This document shows positions 8,303 through 11,445 of a DNA stretch of 11,445 bases, piece after piece. The translations under genes and the position numbers were made by a program. The stretch lies in contig NW_021828430.1 of the NCBI RefSeq assembly GCF_006345805.1, positions 1 through 11,445 of the forward strand. Reading direction: 5' to 3'. This DNA is from Octopus sinensis. Taxonomy: Eukaryota. The notes beneath the pieces are model-generated. The model was not told the origin of the DNA, did not search any database, and saw only the letters and a list, made by a program, of their open reading frames with translations. Each line of letters starts with the position of its first letter. The first letter of the stretch is position 1.

Positions 8303-8671
8303 GTACAGGCTTAAAAAAAGCCCTCAATGTTGGTTTCATTGTCCTGTTTTTATTCTCTATGTGTGCTGTATTTTTATTTGTATTGCTTTTACGTCCTGTT
8401 CTTGTCAATTTTTTCTTTCCTTGTTTTACCCCTCTGCAAAAGAATTTTATTTAATTCTTTTGCAGGAAGGACTTCTTCGAGCGGATCGTGTTCTGCCCTT
8501 ACCTTCGAAACACGCATTGAGTCGAACGAGGGACAGCTGATGAAGGGGAATATTCCTTGTATTGTTTGTCTTGTACTCTGTTTTTTCGTTGTTAAAAAAA
8601 GTCCGTTTCCATGTTTGTTTTTACGTTTTCGTTTCTCGTTGTGTTCTACGTTTATTTGTGGTGTCCTGTAC
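8303..8671 (+). mobile_element. T-rich ~370-bp element embedded in (TA)n, with short inverted ends and a hairpin
   Basis: TA-rich microsatellite on both sides. Termini GTACAGG and CCTGTAC. Perfect 13-bp hairpin at 8434-8465. GAAA at 8507-8510 and CTGATGA at 8537-8543. Confidence 0.5.
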
Positions 8672-8673
8672 TC

Positions 8674-8700
8674 ATATATATATACATATATATATATATA

Positions 8701-8738
<38 letters not shown>

Positions 8739-8800
8739 TGTATATATACATATAGATGTAGGTACGTACATATATGTATGTATGTATGCATATATTTATT
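8674..8800. repeat. (TA)n/(TATG)n microsatellite
   Basis: Directly visible. Confidence 0.95.
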
Positions 8801-8815
8801 TATTAAATTATTATA

Positions 8816-8935
8816 TGACTGAGCGCCCTCGCGTCGTGTCTGTGGAGTGCTCAGCCACTTGCACGTTAATTTCACGAGCAGGGTGTTCCGTTGATTGGAT
8901 CAACTGGAAGCCTCGTCGTCTTACTCGAGAGAGTG

Positions 8936-8937
<2 letters not shown>
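8816..8937 (+). mobile_element. 3' fragment of a retroposon (SINE/LINE tail) followed by (TA)n
   Basis: GC-rich island GTGGAGTGCTCAGCCACTTGCACGTTAATTTCACGAGCAG...GAGTGCC between AT microsatellites. It resembles a recurrent cephalopod repeat end (recalled, unverified). Confidence 0.5.
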
Positions 8938-8991
<54 letters not shown>

Positions 8992-9020
8992 TATATGTAT
9001 GTATGTATATATATATATAT
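8938..9020. repeat. (TA)n/(TATG)n microsatellite
   Basis: Directly visible. Confidence 0.97.
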
Positions 9021-9210
9021 GTAAAAAAAATACAAACTGGGACAAGAACGCAAAACTTTTAGAAGACGATACAAAAAACACGGACGGGACATTCGAAGCC
9101 TTCAATCTTCAGTCAAGTACCGGATCGCAATTTCGGCTGATTAATCTTGAAATTGCTCCAATCTGGCCAGGAAAATGTAAGCTAAGCGCATTAGATCCCT
9201 TGGAAGAATC
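9021..9210 (-). mobile_element. ~190-bp repeat fragment embedded in (TA)n, with a T-rich 3' tail on the minus strand
   Basis: Bounded by (TA)n on both sides. Minus strand has CAGCC-GAAA...CTGAAGA-TTGAAGGCT, then a T-rich tail similar in style to 8550-8670. Confidence 0.5.
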
Positions 9211-9219
9211 TATATATAT

Positions 9220-9264
9220 GAAATTTTGAATTTAGATTACGTCCCCCCAGGTTGAGAACCACTG
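9220..9264 (+). mobile_element. Putative right end of a hAT/Charlie-type MITE
   Basis: CCCCCCAGGTTGAGAACCACTG; its reverse complement CAGTGGTTCTCAACCT is a classic Charlie-type terminus. The next 8 bp, GTTTATGT, have the central TA typical of Charlie target sites. Confidence 0.6.
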
Positions 9265-9436
9265 GTTTATGTGGTGCTCTACAGCGTATGGAAATGGAGC
9301 ACGATAAACATAACTACCATGTATGAGTTACATAATGTGTACGTGTCTGAGAAAGTTGGCAAATGTTGCCTACGTAAATCCACGAGCCCTGTTACGCAAC
9401 GCAATGCTGCAGGGTCACTTCATCAGCGTTAATGAT

Positions 9437-9506
9437 TGTATGTATGTATGTATGTATGTATGTATGTATGTATGTATGTATGTATGTATGTATATGTGTA
9501 TATATA

Positions 9507-9555
<49 letters not shown>

Positions 9556-9556
9556 G

Positions 9557-9607
<51 letters not shown>

Positions 9608-9618
9608 AGAGAGAGAGA
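9437..9618. repeat. Compound microsatellite (TATG)n-(TA)n-(TG)n-(TA)n-(AG)n
   Basis: Directly visible. Confidence 0.97.
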
Positions 9619-9694
9619 CTTCCCTTAACAGGTGTGCACTCACTTGTTGAATAGATTTCATTTTCAATATATACTGCTGAAAAGGGGGCCAGTC

Positions 9695-9900
9695 GCGCGC
9701 CGGGCGAAATATCTACCGGTATTTCGTCTGCCTCTACGTTCTGGGTTCAAATTCCGCCGAGGTCGACTTTGCCTTTCATCCTTTCGGGGTCGATTAAATA
9801 AGTACTAGTTACGCACTGGGGTCGATATAATTGACTTAATCCGTCTGTCTGTCCTTGTTTGCCCTCTCTGTGTTTAGCCTTTTGTGGGTAGTAAAAAAAT
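9695..9900 (+). mobile_element. tRNA-derived SINE, 5'-eroded, monomer 1
   Basis: B-box GGGTTCAAATTC at ~9743-9754. Central domain GAGGTCGACTTTGCCTTTCATCCTTTCGGGGTCGAT...AAGTAC. Tail ...TGTGGGTAGTAAAAAAAT. Confidence 0.85.
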
Positions 9901-10069
9901 AGGTATTCCGTCTGCCGTTACGTTCTGAGTTTAAATTCCGCCGAGGTCAACTTTGCCTTTCATCCTTTCGGGGTCGATAAATTAAGTACCAGTTGTATAC
10001 TGGTGTCGATCGAATCGACTGGCCACCTCCCCAAAAATTTCGGGCCTTGTGCCTAGAGTAGAAAAGAAT
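9901..10069 (+). mobile_element. SINE monomer 2, with the same central domain and a different tail
   Basis: GGTATTCCGTCTGCCGTTACGTTCTGAGTTTAAATTCCGCCGAGGTCAACTTTGCCTTTCATCCTTTCGGGGTCGAT repeats 9718-9794. Tail GGGCCTTGTGCCTAGAGTAGAAAAGAAT. Confidence 0.85.
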
Positions 10070-10090
10070 GTATACCACTGGCATTCCTAA

Positions 10091-10310
10091 GACGGCGTGT
10101 TGGCAGAGTGGTTAGCACGCCGGGCAACATCTGTAGCGGCATTTCGTCCGTCTGTAGGTTCTAAGTTCAAATTCTCCCTAAGTTGACTTTGCTTTTCATC
10201 GATTTTGGGATGAAAGTACCAGTTGATGGAATAAGTATCAGTTGATCGGTGGGATCGATGTAATCGGCTTACTCCGCCCCTATTATTACTGGCCCTCCGA
10301 TAAAATTTGT
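10091..10310 (+). mobile_element. Older, more diverged copy of the same SINE family with an intact A-box
   Basis: A-box TGGCAGAGTGG at 10101-10111, B-box AAGTTCAAATTC at 10163-10174, then GTTGACTTTGCTTTTCATC...AAGTACCAGTTG...TCGATGTAATCG. Confidence 0.8.
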
Positions 10311-10514
10311 CACTCATAACAATTTTATAAGTTTTCAAGAAATCGTGAAATACTTATTTTTTGAATGAATGATCTCGAAACACATATGAAGCTATTATAA
10401 TATTAAACATTGGAAAGACAAAGACCCGGGTTCACTTTCTAAAAGGGTTTTTATACTCGCTATTTACATGCAGTTATTTATAGATTTGTGTATGCTTCGA
10501 GAACATTTATTCTA

Positions 10515-10515
<1 letters not shown>

Positions 10516-10571
<56 letters not shown>
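10516..10571. repeat. (TATC)n microsatellite
   Basis: Directly visible. Confidence 0.97.
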
Positions 10572-10831
10572 ATCTAATATATCAGTTTATCTCTTCCTCT
10601 CTAAAAGAGTGGTCATTCCTCCAAAATTCTGTATAAATACTTAAATATGATTTCTGATGAAGCTTTGACTAAGCAATACACGCTTTCTCCTATCAAATAC
10701 AGTCTACAAATTCTTTCTATATACATAAATATATACAATCATAATTTTTGATGCACTTATAAATAATTATGAATTTATTTTATTACCTATTTTGAACACT
10801 TTTATGTAAACTATTTAAACACAAAGCCACA

Positions 10832-10900
10832 CTTAACATTTTCTTATCATTGTAAAAGATTCTATTTCTTAACATTTTCTCATCATTATCAAAGACTGTA
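10832..10900. repeat. Two-copy tandem duplication, period 36 bp
   Basis: CTTAACATTTTCTTATCATTGTAAAAGATTCTA versus CTTAACATTTTCTCATCATTATCAAAGACTGTA. Confidence 0.8.
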
Positions 10901-11060
10901 TAACTGTATTTTAATATGATTATGATAACCATTTTTTAACACAACAAAGCTTATACAAAGCTTTACATTCGACTTTTGATAATCTTTTGTTAAAAAAGTG
11001 AAACCGGTCAAGTCAATAAACATCTTTAAAAGACCCCTCTGCATTTCCAAATCCTCTTTC

Positions 11061-11127
<67 letters not shown>

Positions 11128-11128
11128 C

Positions 11129-11172
<44 letters not shown>

Positions 11173-11280
11173 TTCCTTTTTTTTTCCTCTCCCCCTTTTT
11201 TTTAACCCCCCTTTTTTTGTCCTCTTTCTCTCCTTTTACGATCCCTTTTGATCGAAACTCCCCCTTCCTTTTTTTTTTTT
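11061..11280. repeat. (CTAT)n microsatellite followed by a polypyrimidine low-complexity tract
   Basis: (CTAT)n at 11061-11165 and a C/T tract at 11166-11280. Confidence 0.95.
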
Positions 11281-11309
11281 AAGCCTTCAAAAGAAAAGCT
11301 CTACCTTGT

Positions 11310-11355
11310 AATTTGTTCTATCTGTGTGCAGCCCTGTGTGGGTAATAAAGAAACA
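11310..11355 (+). mobile_element. Possible SINE tail fragment related to 9858-9900
   Basis: TTTGTTCTATCTGTGTGCAGCCCTGTGTGGGTAATAAAGAAA versus TTTGCCCTCTCTGTGTTTAGCCTTTTGTGGGTAGTAAAAAAA. Confidence 0.55.
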
Positions 11356-11445
11356 TATCTATCTATCTATAACAAATAGTGAGGGATTATCAATCTGGGC
11401 AAAATACTTCATAAGCTCTCTGTTGGCACACCAGTCTAACAATTT

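Noticed and set aside
8301-9667. Cluster of 72-142 aa ORFs on both strands
   Set aside because: Low-complexity translations of T-rich repeats and microsatellites with no recognisable domain.
11236-11260. GATC-CCTTTT-GATC-GAAAC as a hammerhead 3' half
   Set aside because: No CUGANGA upstream; it lies in a pyrimidine tract.
10998-11282. 94-aa ORF with SIYL repeats
   Set aside because: Translation of (CTAT)n and the polypyrimidine tract.

Overview
AT-rich, repeat-dense eukaryotic non-coding DNA (intronic or intergenic). The SINE families and microsatellite load look like an octopus/cephalopod genome; this is recalled, not verified. No intact protein-coding gene is supported. Most supplied ORFs are translations of microsatellites or repeats. 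The only recognisable protein is a decayed DD34D transposase inside a full-length 1,288-bp mariner (2998-4285). The rest is tRNA-derived SINEs, microsatellites and nested insertions. The most notable signal is a set of minimal hammerhead-ribozyme motifs of the Penelope-like element (PLE) type. One is complete at 5120-5162 (-), near the end of a ~3-kb non-coding, internally duplicated element. Another lies in a composite element with a tRNA-like Pol III head, an (AAT)n linker and a hammerhead-bearing tail (2047->1004, -), which also has an inverted partial copy of that tail at its 5' end. This suggests a SINE-like element mobilised by Penelope machinery.
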